From: Candidatus Syntropharchaeum caldarium
GTDB taxonomy: Archaea; Halobacteriota; Syntropharchaeia; Syntropharchaeales; Syntropharchaeaceae
NCBI GenBank assembly: GCA_001766815.1
Contig: LYOS01000001.1
Location: 420,001 to 452,000, forward strand
DNA: 32,000 bases
Reading direction: 5' to 3'
A program made the position numbers and the translations under genes. Below, piece by piece: positions 16,572-26,134 of the stretch. Within the stretch, counting starts at the first letter, position 1. Every line of letters begins with the position of its first letter. Under the pieces are notes generated by a model, which saw only the letters and a list, made by a program, of their open reading frames with translations, was not told the origin of the DNA and ran no database searches.

Positions 16572-17668
16572 GTGAAGAATTGCTCTTTGAGGTGCTCCAT
16601 CCACGTCCAAGCGCGATCGCAGCCGCAATGTATACACTGCGAGATCTCGATGTCGATGCAATCCTTGCACATGGACCAACAGGCTGCAACTTCAGGACAA
16701 GTCGTATCCTTGAGGAGGATGGCGTGAAGGTATTTACGACATCGATGACCGAGTACGACTTTATATTTGGTGGAAGAGATCGGCTCATCAAAGTTTTGAA
16801 GCGAATTGATCAGGAGTTTGACTTCAGCCTCATCGGTGTTGTCGGAACGTGTGCCAGCATGATCATTGGAGAGGATATGGAGGGTGCGATCGAGGATGCA
16901 GAACTCGATATGGACGTGATCCTTGTTGAGACGCATGGTGGATATATCGAGAATACAAAAGGCGCAATCCAGACACTTGAAGCAGCATGCAGAAAAGGGC
17001 TGATCACCGAGGATGAACTTCTGCGACAGCAAAAAATTCTCCATGCCGCAACGAAGATTGAGGAAGAGCGGGGAATGGCGTCATCTGAGTACATCACGCC
17101 GCTTCGGGGGGATGATAAGTTCGAGGTTGCAAAGCAGATCATAGAGGAGGCAAGAGAAGCTGGCAGGCTCACAGTAATCCTCAACGCAAAGAAAGAGCTT
17201 GCATATATATTTTCAGATATCCTTCGCGCGTTGAATAAAGTCTTTTTGGATGAAAATGTTGAAGTCATCAATATCGCAAACCTCGATCCTGATATCGGAC
17301 TTCCAAGAATTAGAACTTATGCAAAAAACATCGTTGAAGAGCTTTCAACTGATGGTATCACAATCGATCATCTAACAGGTGGTCTGGATGAGTATGCCAT
17401 AAGTGGTGAACGTGCGTATAAACTGGCAGCGAAGATTACACCGGGGGTTGTGGTTGTACTTGGAAATCCCAATCCTGTTATGCCACACGATACCGCCACC
17501 AGTGTTGCAGTCACAAACGGTCCCAGAGAGGTTATACCACTTCGCGAGATGGGATATGATCATGTTGTTGTTGAACTTGATGCCCACTCGCTTGTCGTCG
17601 GCGTTTCAGGGATTGTCTGCTCTGAATTTGGAGATGTCATAAGAAAGGTGGTTGCTGATGCTGAGTGA
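16568..17668 (+). CDS. cfbD: Ni-sirohydrochlorin a,c-diamide reductive cyclase subunit CfbD (NifD/NflD-like)
   Basis: The N-terminus [31 protein letters not shown] and overall nitrogenase component-1-like organisation, at 366 aa, match the expected CfbD size. It lies adjacent to cfbE. Confidence 0.8.
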   Translation: MSEELLFEVLHPRPSAIAAAMYTLRDLDVDAILAHGPTGCNFRTSRILEEDGVKVFTTSMTEYDFIFGGRDRLIKVLKRIDQEFDFSLIGVVGTCASMIIGEDMEGAIEDAELDMDVILVETHGGYIENTKGAIQTLEAACRKGLITEDELLRQQKILHAATKIEEERGMASSEYITPLRGDDKFEVAKQIIEEAREAGRLTVILNAKKELAYIFSDILRALNKVFLDENVEVINIANLDPDIGLPRIRTYAKNIVEELSTDGITIDHLTGGLDEYAISGERAYKLAAKITPGVVVVLGNPNPVMPHDTATSVAVTNGPREVIPLREMGYDHVVVELDAHSLVVGVSGIVCSEFGDVIRKVVADAE

Positions 17669-17966
17669 TAACCTCAGAGACGAGATTGAGATGTTCAAGC
17701 GGCACATCATTGTTTTGAGAGCCGTCATCAAAGAAGGTGCGATTGGAATTCTCAAACTCGCAGAGGTTACAGCCCTTCCCACCCATAAAGTCAGATACTC
17801 CTTGAGGATACTTGAACGTGAGGGATTGATCAGGCCATCGTACAGGGGCGCTGTTGCAACCAGAGCAGGTATTGAAGTTTTTGATGGGATCAAAGCCGAG
17901 ATTGAATCGATAGAAGCTAAAATAATGGAACTCAAGAAACATGCAGATCCAAATCGTAAGAATTGA
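17652..17966 (+). CDS. Winged-helix DNA-binding protein (104 aa)
   Basis: ILKLAEVTALPTHKVRYSLRILEREGLIRPS forms a helix-turn-helix plus wing pattern. The gene overlaps cfbD by 17 nt and the next gene by 26 nt. Confidence 0.6.
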   Translation: MLMLSDNLRDEIEMFKRHIIVLRAVIKEGAIGILKLAEVTALPTHKVRYSLRILEREGLIRPSYRGAVATRAGIEVFDGIKAEIESIEAKIMELKKHADPNRKN

Positions 17967-18660
17967 GCGAGTTGTAACAGAGAACAAATCTGTCAGGACT
18001 TTCTTCTTTGAAGGGCTCCATGACCCAGAACCTGGTAACTATATTATGGTATGGATTCCAGGATCTGGGCAGATCCCGATTGGAATATCAAGCTTCAGGA
18101 ATGGGTTATGCGGGGTTACAGTAAGAAAGGTTGGTGAGACAACTGCAGCGATGCATAATCTCAGTGCAGGTGACTCGATCGGGGTAACCGGACCGCTTGG
18201 AAGTTCATTCAGCATGAAAGGAAATCGGATTCTTCTTGTGTCAGGTGGCATCGGTATCGCACCGCTTCTGTATCTTGCGATCGAGGCAAAAGCCACAGGA
18301 AAAAAAGTGTATGCAACCTGTGGGTTTGAGAACGAGGACGAGATCATCTTTGAAGATATCTTGAACGGTCTTATCGACGATCTTGTGATAACACTCGGTG
18401 AAAGGACGCCGATTGATCTTCTGCCAGATCTATACGAGAAGCAGAGGTTTGATTACATCTATTCATGTGGACCTGAACCAATGATGAAGCGGGTCTTTGA
18501 TTTTGCAAGATTATATCATTTAGGGGCAGAATTCAGCGTTGAGCGGATTATAAAGTGTGGAATGGGGATATGTGGGGCATGTGCTCTTCCAAATGGGATG
18601 AGAGTCTGCAAGGATGGGCCTGTCTTTGATCTGGAGGATATGGAGGGGGTGTGGAGGTAG
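17941..18660 (+). CDS. PyrK-like FAD/NAD(P)-binding [2Fe-2S] electron-transfer protein
   Basis: The nucleotide-binding motif LLVSGGIGIAPL and the C-terminal cluster motif CGMGICGACAL...RVCKDGPVF are characteristic of the dihydroorotate dehydrogenase electron-transfer subunit family. No pyrD is adjacent. Confidence 0.8.
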   Translation: MQIQIVRIERVVTENKSVRTFFFEGLHDPEPGNYIMVWIPGSGQIPIGISSFRNGLCGVTVRKVGETTAAMHNLSAGDSIGVTGPLGSSFSMKGNRILLVSGGIGIAPLLYLAIEAKATGKKVYATCGFENEDEIIFEDILNGLIDDLVITLGERTPIDLLPDLYEKQRFDYIYSCGPEPMMKRVFDFARLYHLGAEFSVERIIKCGMGICGACALPNGMRVCKDGPVFDLEDMEGVWR

Positions 18661-18790
18661 AGAAAGTGCAAATTGATGAGGAAGGGGTGCTATCCGTCAA
18701 CTTCCTGCAAGCATAACATACGCACTTTTTATCATTTAGAAATCTTTTTATAACATCCTTGGAAAGACCTAATAGAATGGATGGTGATTC

Positions 18791-19564
18791 ATGATGAAGG
18801 TCAAAGATGTGATGAGTGCTCCTATTATCACCGAAGATGGGGATACAACGGTGGATATTGGGGCAAGCATCCTTGAAGCAATGGGGGTGGGAAGCCTTGT
18901 TGTAACTGAGAAAGGCGTTCCTGTAGGTATCGTTACAGAACGGGACATGGCACTCAAGGTTTTATCTAAAAATAGACCAGCAAGCGAGGTCAAACTGAAA
19001 GAGATCATGTCATCCCCGCTTGTAACGGTGAATGCCGATGCTTCGATCGATGATGCGGGTAAGCTGATGGCAGATAAAGGGGTTAGACGTCTGCTTGTTC
19101 TTGATGATGGTGAGATTATAGGGATTGTCACCGTCAGAGATCTCCTGACGAGAAAGCCCGAGCTTGTTGAGAAGATATATCCAACTGTAAAAACCCCCGC
19201 GAGTCCATACAGACTTGCACACATTGAAGATAGGCTCAGACACTGTGTCTATATTCTGAGGACCGAGTCAGATGAGGTTGCAGCATCGAAATGTACAGAG
19301 GTTATTGAAGGAATCGAAAAAGAGCTTGAAAGCCTTGTATCCTATTATGAGAAGGATGAGGAACTGAAGGAGATACTGACAAAGGTTGAAGCGATCGCTA
19401 AAAAGGTGAAAAGTGAAGGGAGTGCAGCGATTCCCGATGCCAGGGCCGAGTTTGATGCACTCCTCACAGACCTTCGACGCATAATTCGCTGGCGCAGGAT
19501 CTCACCTGGCACAACACTCGGGGGTGAACTCCCCTTCCCAAGCAGGCGATCAAGACTTAAATGA
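18791..19564 (+). CDS. CBS-domain pair protein with a helical C-terminal extension
   Basis: Two CBS repeats are present (VKDVMSAPIIT...VGIVTERD and LKEIMSSPLVTV...IGIVTVRDLL). Confidence 0.8.
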   Translation: MMKVKDVMSAPIITEDGDTTVDIGASILEAMGVGSLVVTEKGVPVGIVTERDMALKVLSKNRPASEVKLKEIMSSPLVTVNADASIDDAGKLMADKGVRRLLVLDDGEIIGIVTVRDLLTRKPELVEKIYPTVKTPASPYRLAHIEDRLRHCVYILRTESDEVAASKCTEVIEGIEKELESLVSYYEKDEELKEILTKVEAIAKKVKSEGSAAIPDARAEFDALLTDLRRIIRWRRISPGTTLGGELPFPSRRSRLK

Positions 19565-19580
19565 GGTTGAGTGGATAGGG

Positions 19581-19943
19581 ATGGCTGAAGAAAAGAGAGA
19601 GTACTATGGTTGCCCTTCAAAAGCCTTTACAGACTCAGACTTTGAGAAATATGATCAGTTCATCGAGAAGTACGAAAATCCAGAGGAGGGCAACCGTGCA
19701 TATAACAAAAAATACCTCATGATCCTTGCAAATAGCACACGGAAACAGGTGCTGAGACAACTCCTTTCAGGGCCGAAGACGATAGACGACATCGCATCTA
19801 ACATCGGGATTAAACGAGATGAAGTCAAATTTCATCTGCATATCGCTGATTTTCTTCTGAAACCTGCGAATGAGCGAAAAGAGGGGTATTTTGAGCTTAA
19901 TAAGATCGGTGAACAGATTGTAAAGACCCTGGCAGAAAAATAA
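19581..19943 (+). CDS. ArsR-like winged-helix transcriptional regulator
   Basis: ILANSTRKQVLRQLLSGPKTIDDIASNIGIKRDEVKFHLHI is an ArsR-type HTH. ATG 19581 is preferred because it removes the overlap with the CBS gene that the track start at 19524 creates. Confidence 0.6.
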   Translation: MAEEKREYYGCPSKAFTDSDFEKYDQFIEKYENPEEGNRAYNKKYLMILANSTRKQVLRQLLSGPKTIDDIASNIGIKRDEVKFHLHIADFLLKPANERKEGYFELNKIGEQIVKTLAEK

Positions 19944-19965
19944 AAAAGGTTGGTGCCACCGTGAA

Positions 19966-20382
19966 TCATGCGGCGGCTTTTGCTCTTTTAACATTTGCTT
20001 TTATGTAGTCCACAATCTCTCGTATCGGCGTACCAGGACCGAATACCTCGCCAGCCCCGATCTCCTTTAGCCGATCATGATCGAGCGTTGGAATTACACC
20101 GCCAATTATGAGCAGAACATCATCGAAGATTCCCTTCTCCTTCATGATAGATACGATACGCTCGGTCCATGAGATATGCGCCTGTGAGTGGATGCTGAGC
20201 CCGATGACATCGACATCTTCCTCGATTGCAGCCTCAACGATCTCCTCGATCGACTGGAAACCGCCGAATATCACTTCCATCCCTGCATCTCTCAGGCCCC
20301 TGGAGACCGTAACGATCCCTCTCCAATGACCGTCAACACCTGGTTTTGACATTAAAACCCGAATCTTCCTATCCGTTTCCAT
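19966..20382 (-). CDS. Methylmalonyl-CoA mutase small subunit (cobalamin-binding domain)
   Basis: The B12-binding DxHxxG motif (GVDGHWRG) is followed by GLS...GG elements. Length is 138 aa, located 9 nt downstream of the catalytic subunit gene. Confidence 0.9.
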   Translation of the reverse strand: METDRKIRVLMSKPGVDGHWRGIVTVSRGLRDAGMEVIFGGFQSIEEIVEAAIEEDVDVIGLSIHSQAHISWTERIVSIMKEKGIFDDVLLIIGGVIPTLDHDRLKEIGAGEVFGPGTPIREIVDYIKANVKRAKAAA

Positions 20383-20391
20383 CGTATCGCC

Positions 20392-22071
20392 TCATATCAC
20401 AATAGGCGGTGTCCATGTTCCGAGAACTTCACGGTAAACATCGCAGATCTCGCCCAGTGTTGCACCGGCTGCTGTAAGATCCATCACAGCTGGGAGTACA
20501 TTTTCGCCCCTGTCACATACTCTTCTGAGCACATCGAGGAGTTCCTCAACCTTGCGAGAATCACGGCGCTCTCGCAATTTTCTCAACCGTTCTCGCTCGA
20601 TTTCTCCCGATCTTTCGTTTGTCCTGAAGACGATTGGTGGTTCTTCCTCGCTCGAGAGGTAGCAGTTAACCCCGATAACACGTTCCTCTCCTTCATCGAT
20701 CGCTTTCTGCCGCTTGTGGAAGGCTTCAGCCATCTCACGATAGAGCCACCCATTCTCAAGGAGCTTGACGACATTTCCGCCCCCCTTCTCCATCCGATCG
20801 AGGTACTTCCATACACGTTCCTCGATCTCATCTGTGAGCCACTCAACATAATATGAACCTGCAAGTGGATCGATTGTATTCGCCACACCTGTTTCTTCCT
20901 GGAGGATCTGCTGTGTCCGCAATGCAAGCTTCACAGCTTCTTCTGATGGCAGACAGATCGCTTCATCATAGGAGTTGGTATGCATCGACTGGCAGCCACC
21001 AAGTACAGCAGAGAGCGCCTGGTATGCGGTTCTCACAATGTTTACCATCGGTTGCTGTGCGGTGAGCGAGCTTCCTGCGGTCTGGATGTGGAACCTGAAC
21101 TCATAAGAATGGCGATCCTTTGCCTCATACTTATCCCTCATCAACTTATACCAGATCCGCCTTGCAGCACGATACTTTGCGATCTCCTCAAAGAAGTCCT
21201 TGTGCGCTGAGAGATGAAATGCAAGTCTGTTGACGAAGTCATCGATCTTCCAGCCCCGCTCAATGAGTTCATCGATATGTGTGATCGCATTTGCAAACCC
21301 AAAACCAAGTTCCTGGATGGCATCGATCCCGCCTTCACGATAGTTGTATGTTGTGAAGTTTATCGGATGCCACTTCGGCACGTTCTTCTGTGGTACACAC
21401 CACTCAATCAGGTCACACGCAAGCCTCAACATCTGGTCTGGGGGTACAGATTCGAACGGAACGAACCCACATGTCATTGTGAGTATATCGTTCTGGCACG
21501 TGCCCATCAACCTGTTTATCTCGATTCCCCGCTCCTTTGCCATGTTAAAGTACATCGCACAGACAGGTGCAGATGAGAACGGTTCAACGACAAGGGCAAC
21601 CGAGATCTTATCGATGGGGAGACCGTCTGTGAGTGCGTGCATGCTATCGATACAATAGAGTGGAACTCCTTCTGTACCCACTTCAACATCAGCCCTTGGA
21701 TCTTCGGGATCGATTCCGTTGAAGGTCAAGACATCCACCGCAGCACTGAAGCCGGTTTCACCTTCCTCATATAGCATCCTCCATCGCTTGTTGGTATCCT
21801 CTGGTGTCCCAAATCCAGAGAATAACCGTATTGTCCAGAATCTACTGCGATACATCGTCGGATACACGCCTCTGACATAGGGCGCTTCACCCGGAAATCC
21901 AACATCTTCTAAATACTTATGGTCTTTTATGTCTGCAGGCGTGTACAGGCGTTTTACAGGTATACCTGAGTACGTCTCAAAGTTTGACTTTCGTTCTTTG
22001 ACGCCCTCCACCCGCTTAAGCCACGCTTCCTCTCTCGACTTAATAGCGTTAATATCATCTTCTTTGAACAT
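20392..22071 (-). CDS. Methylmalonyl-CoA mutase large (catalytic) subunit
   Basis: 559 aa containing YPTMYRSRFWTIRLFSGFG, FHIQTAGSSLTAQQP and NIVRTAYQALSAVLGG, all typical MCM signatures. Confidence 0.9.
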   Translation of the reverse strand: MFKEDDINAIKSREEAWLKRVEGVKERKSNFETYSGIPVKRLYTPADIKDHKYLEDVGFPGEAPYVRGVYPTMYRSRFWTIRLFSGFGTPEDTNKRWRMLYEEGETGFSAAVDVLTFNGIDPEDPRADVEVGTEGVPLYCIDSMHALTDGLPIDKISVALVVEPFSSAPVCAMYFNMAKERGIEINRLMGTCQNDILTMTCGFVPFESVPPDQMLRLACDLIEWCVPQKNVPKWHPINFTTYNYREGGIDAIQELGFGFANAITHIDELIERGWKIDDFVNRLAFHLSAHKDFFEEIAKYRAARRIWYKLMRDKYEAKDRHSYEFRFHIQTAGSSLTAQQPMVNIVRTAYQALSAVLGGCQSMHTNSYDEAICLPSEEAVKLALRTQQILQEETGVANTIDPLAGSYYVEWLTDEIEERVWKYLDRMEKGGGNVVKLLENGWLYREMAEAFHKRQKAIDEGEERVIGVNCYLSSEEEPPIVFRTNERSGEIERERLRKLRERRDSRKVEELLDVLRRVCDRGENVLPAVMDLTAAGATLGEICDVYREVLGTWTPPIVI

Positions 22072-22218
22072 AATTGAATTTATTATCTTCTGGTATAAAC
22101 CTTTTTTTGAATTGTTTCATTCTGTGCATAATGAATGGGATTTATATAGATATGTGGGTAAATATATTTTAATTTAAGGCAAATCTGCCACGCAGCCTGC
22201 AGCTTTGAGGGGAAAGGG

Positions 22219-24033
22219 ATGAGGGGAGTACTAATCGTTGCCAGATGGGAGATACTGCGATCACGAGGTGTTTTGAACAGAGAGTACATCATTCTTTTTC
22301 TGGTTGCACTCATACTACTTGCTCTATTTGCTGTATCTGCTTCTGATATGCATATTGAGATGAACGAGAGGATATACTCGGTTGCAATTGTTGGTGATGA
22401 ATATCTGCCGTTAATATCATCTGATAATCGATTTGAAGTCTTTTTAACCGATGAAAATGGCGGTTTCAACGCACTGGAAGAGGGGAAGGTTGATATTCTC
22501 GTTATGGATAATAATGTATATCTTTATGACCGTGAAAAATCGTATGCAGCGCTCAATGCACTTGAAGATACATCAAAGTCCTACAAAACCAATCTTCTGA
22601 ACTCAAAGGTCGAATCTGGAGATTTTGAGTTTTATAATGCGTTTCCCGTCTGGATCAGAACTGAGTACCTGAAACGGCCTGAAAGTTTCGCACTCCCATC
22701 AATAAGAGAAGAAGATGTGACAGAGAAGGAGAAAAGAGTTGATAATGGTCTTAAGACTACCCCATCTCCCACACAAAGGCGTGATTTGCCACAGACAGAT
22801 GGAGAAGATTTTAAGTCTTCAGAAAGTTCTGATGGGAGAGGAAACATCAGGGAACGACTCTTTGAGGACGGATCATTCACAACTCCCTCTGAACTGACGC
22901 CTCCACTTCCGTTTGGATCGATCGTGGTTTCGTTCATCTTCATCTTTCCGCTCTACTTCTTGACCCAGCTTTACTCGTCGAGTATCATGGAAGAGCGAAT
23001 AAACAGAAGGGGTGAGTTGCTGCTTGTTGCACCCATAAAAACCTGGGAACTTGTTCTTGGAAAACTTCTCCCATATCTCGCACTCTCAATTTTAATTACA
23101 ACAGCAACTCTCATCTATCTCAGGATTGAAGCTTTAGATATAGCCGTAATAAATCTTATACTTCTTCCAGTCGCCCTATTTTTCCTTGCAACATTCTTTC
23201 TTGCTGGCATCCTGACAAGGAGCTTCAAGGAGCTTACGTTCATATCGGTTTTCTTTGCTGCCATAACCTCTGGCTACCTCTTTTTTCCTGCTGTTTTCAT
23301 GAACATACATGCGATAAGCAGTATCTCACCCATGACACTTGTAATAAGGATTTTAGATGGAGAATGGATCACAATTCAGGAATATATCTTCTCAACAACC
23401 CCGTTCTATCTCACCGCACTTATGCTCTTCGCAGGTGGGATACTGATCTTCAGGGAGGAAGATCTATTCACAGAGAAACCTGTGCGTGAGAAGGTGCTTG
23501 ATATATTCGATTCATTCCTCAGACGCGCGAAACGAACGCATATTTTTGTTGCAGTTCTTCTTCTCTCCATGATGCTAATCCCATTTGCTTATATGGCAGA
23601 GCTCATGTCGATCTCACTTCTTTTTAGCATACCTCTCCCGTACTCTGTAATCGGTGTGATACTTGCTGCAGCATCTGTCGAGGAGATTGTAAAATCAATG
23701 GGACCTGCCACAGCATTGGTACGGGGAATAGTCGAGTCCAATATCAAGAATGCGCTCATTTTGGGTTTTGTTTCAGGCTTCGGGTTCTTTCTTGGCGAAA
23801 AACTTCTCCTTCTTCTTGCAATCACCTCGATCACCGGTTCAATATTCGGTGTATCGATTTTCTTTACAGGGAAGCTGATCCTGCCGCTCCTGCTCCACAC
23901 AACAACCGCTATGATCCTCTCTTTTGGTGTTTATCGCCACAAAAAAGGTGGTTTTTTGCCATTTCTCACCCTGTCTATCGCTGTACATTGCCTCTATAAC
24001 CTGACAATTGTATGGGGGTACCTCTTTGGGTAA
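22219..24033 (+). CDS. ABC-2-type permease fused to a C-terminal CPBP (CAAX/Abi) intramembrane protease domain
   Basis: The N-terminus IVARWEILRSR plus a TM helix, a large loop and a multi-TM core is the ABC-2/NatB-like layout. The C-terminal ~150 aa carry the EExxK motif (VEEIVKS) and the HxxxN motif (HCLYN) of CPBP proteases. Confidence 0.65.
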   Translation: MRGVLIVARWEILRSRGVLNREYIILFLVALILLALFAVSASDMHIEMNERIYSVAIVGDEYLPLISSDNRFEVFLTDENGGFNALEEGKVDILVMDNNVYLYDREKSYAALNALEDTSKSYKTNLLNSKVESGDFEFYNAFPVWIRTEYLKRPESFALPSIREEDVTEKEKRVDNGLKTTPSPTQRRDLPQTDGEDFKSSESSDGRGNIRERLFEDGSFTTPSELTPPLPFGSIVVSFIFIFPLYFLTQLYSSSIMEERINRRGELLLVAPIKTWELVLGKLLPYLALSILITTATLIYLRIEALDIAVINLILLPVALFFLATFFLAGILTRSFKELTFISVFFAAITSGYLFFPAVFMNIHAISSISPMTLVIRILDGEWITIQEYIFSTTPFYLTALMLFAGGILIFREEDLFTEKPVREKVLDIFDSFLRRAKRTHIFVAVLLLSMMLIPFAYMAELMSISLLFSIPLPYSVIGVILAAASVEEIVKSMGPATALVRGIVESNIKNALILGFVSGFGFFLGEKLLLLLAITSITGSIFGVSIFFTGKLILPLLLHTTTAMILSFGVYRHKKGGFLPFLTLSIAVHCLYNLTIVWGYLFG

Positions 24034-25117
24034 CAGAGCGATAATTGCACGAAAGGAGTTTAGAAGTCTCATAACTGAGAAAACTCTCCTTCTTGCCATC
24101 TTAATTCAGCTTTTCATCGCCCTCTTTTCATCCTTCCTTGTCGTTGGACTCGTGTCATTATACAATCCTGGGGCACTTGAAGATTACAACTTTAAAGATG
24201 CGACACTCGGTGTTGTGGGGGATTCTGATGGGGTGATAACCGGTCTGATCAGGTCAGATGATAAATTGAGTGTTATAACGTTTCAGGAAATGGATGATGC
24301 AGAAGAGGCTTTTTTTGCGGGCACGATCGATGGGATACTTTCTGTTCCCGATGTATCGATTGATGGAGACGAACCGATCGAGATCACACTCTATCTTCCA
24401 AAGGATAGCATCGAGGCGATGGTCATCATGATCCATCTCAAAGAGCCACTTGAAGCATTTGAGGAGAGGGTCAGGCAAGTACGGGGTGTAGACGTTCCTG
24501 CGATCGATCTTGACCTACCAGAAGGGGCAAGTGGGGGCAAGAAATCCACAGAGTTCTTCGAGTTTATTTATACCCTCCTGATACCGCTTTTGATGCTCAC
24601 TCCAGCCTTCATATCAGGTGGGTTGATGATAGATTTTATAACAGAGGAGATCGATCGCAAAACGCTCGATATGCTACTTGTATCACCGATCAGATTGATA
24701 GAGATCGTTGACGGAAAGTTATTTGTTGCCACGATAATTGCACCTATACAGGCGTTGTGCTGGCTTATCCTTCTTTATCTGAACGGGATTGCAGTTCAAA
24801 ATATATTACTCACGGTTACAGTCGTTCTTCTTGTAACAGCGATTCTAACTCTTCTCTGTTCCATCCTCTCACTGAGATTGATCGATCGAGGAAAGGTGCA
24901 GCTCCTCTACTCACTTCTTCTCGTTCTCTTTTTCACGATCACCTGTACCTATCCTGTGATACCCTTCAACCTGATAGCACGTCTGACACTCGGAAGTAGC
25001 GGTGTGAGGAGTGATGCGATTGTGGTGATTGCAATCTATGCTGTATGCGTGGCTATGCTCTATTGGATTCTTCAAAAGCTCAGCAGGTCATACAACACAT
25101 CCGCCGCGAATGGTTAA
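24008..25117 (+). CDS. ABC-2-type transporter permease
   Basis: The N-terminus IIARKEFRSLITEKTLLL plus a TM helix, an extracytoplasmic loop and five C-terminal TM helices fit the family. The gene overlaps the upstream gene by 26 nt. Confidence 0.7.
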   Translation: MYGGTSLGNRAIIARKEFRSLITEKTLLLAILIQLFIALFSSFLVVGLVSLYNPGALEDYNFKDATLGVVGDSDGVITGLIRSDDKLSVITFQEMDDAEEAFFAGTIDGILSVPDVSIDGDEPIEITLYLPKDSIEAMVIMIHLKEPLEAFEERVRQVRGVDVPAIDLDLPEGASGGKKSTEFFEFIYTLLIPLLMLTPAFISGGLMIDFITEEIDRKTLDMLLVSPIRLIEIVDGKLFVATIIAPIQALCWLILLYLNGIAVQNILLTVTVVLLVTAILTLLCSILSLRLIDRGKVQLLYSLLLVLFFTITCTYPVIPFNLIARLTLGSSGVRSDAIVVIAIYAVCVAMLYWILQKLSRSYNTSAANG

Positions 25118-25147
25118 GCTTAACACTTCCGGTGATTTAGATAAGGC

Positions 25148-26134
25148 GTGGTGACGAAACATAAATATGGATCAGCCAATCGAGTATATCTCGGAATCGG
25201 ATGGGACATCATAGATTTTAAGCCGATCCGTGCTGTTACAATTATCCTCAGGACATCAGGCTGCCACTGGAGGCGATGTAAGATCTGCAACTACTATCTT
25301 GATGGAGCAAGCAGACCACCTTCAGATGAAGATCTCATCTCACAGATCGATGATGCGATCTCAAGATTTCCCGAGGGCGAGCTTATGGTCAAGATATTCA
25401 CATCTGGTAGTTTCTTTGATACCCGTGAGATCACAGAAGATCTCCAGAAAAAACTCATTGAACGCCTGCCCATTGATCGCATCAGAAAGCTCATAATAGA
25501 GTCAAGGCCTGAGTTTGTAACCCCATCATCGATCAAGTATCCGTCAGAGATCTTTGATAACTTTGAGGTCGCGATCGGGCTTGAGACGACCTCCGATGCG
25601 ATAAGACGCAACTCAATCGATAAAGGGTTTAACTTTGAGGAGTTCAAGCATGCAGTAAAGGTTGCCGCAGAGGCTGGTGCTGGCATCAGGACGTATCTCC
25701 TTCTGAAACCTCCATATCTAACAGAGAAGGAGGCAATCGATGATATGCTAAAATCCGCAGAGGAACTTATTCCCTACACAAAAACGATCTCATTAAATCT
25801 TACAACCGTAAGAGAGCATACGCCACTGTACGATCTCTGGAAAAAAGGGTATTACAGACCTCCCTGGCTCTGGAGCGCAGTCGAGGTTATGAAACAGATC
25901 AGAGCGGATAGGCGTTTTGATGATATTGCAATAATCTCAGACCCGATAGCCGCAGGAAAGCCATGGGGACCTCATAATTGCAGAAAATGTGATAATATAG
26001 TTAAAGATGCGATAAGGCATTTCTCGATTACACAGGACCTCAAAGACCTTTCAAGACTTGATTGCAGTTGCAAAAGATTGTGGGAGAAGGTGCTTGAGCT
26101 TGAGAAGTTCACGCATGGTGTGCCGCTCGCCTGA
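25148..26134 (+). CDS. Radical SAM protein of the TIGR01210 / RaSEA (archaeosine biosynthesis) type
   Basis: The Cys cluster GCHWRRCKICNY sits near the N-terminus, with an Elp3-like TIM-barrel length and a C-terminal Cys pair (CRKC). Start is GTG. The family assignment is from memory of the sequence pattern. Confidence 0.6.
   Translation: MVTKHKYGSANRVYLGIGWDIIDFKPIRAVTIILRTSGCHWRRCKICNYYLDGASRPPSDEDLISQIDDAISRFPEGELMVKIFTSGSFFDTREITEDLQKKLIERLPIDRIRKLIIESRPEFVTPSSIKYPSEIFDNFEVAIGLETTSDAIRRNSIDKGFNFEEFKHAVKVAAEAGAGIRTYLLLKPPYLTEKEAIDDMLKSAEELIPYTKTISLNLTTVREHTPLYDLWKKGYYRPPWLWSAVEVMKQIRADRRFDDIAIISDPIAAGKPWGPHNCRKCDNIVKDAIRHFSITQDLKDLSRLDCSCKRLWEKVLELEKFTHGVPLA

Noticed and set aside
16347-17271. 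Minus-strand ORFs (110, 211, 84 and 153 aa) opposite cfbE/cfbD
   Set aside because: They are antisense shadows of strongly supported genes and carry no motifs.
17941-18660. Annotating this gene simply as housekeeping pyrK
   Set aside because: The family membership is clear, but there is no adjacent pyrD and the gene is translationally chained to cfbD and a wHTH gene. The gene symbol is therefore withheld and the context is flagged as a hypothesis instead.
18700-18730. GCATAACATACGC upstream of the CBS gene, resembling the attC-like left end
   Set aside because: It is an isolated pentamer match with no GTTAT partner or arm pairing downstream, and it lies in core-gene context. It is most likely coincidence.
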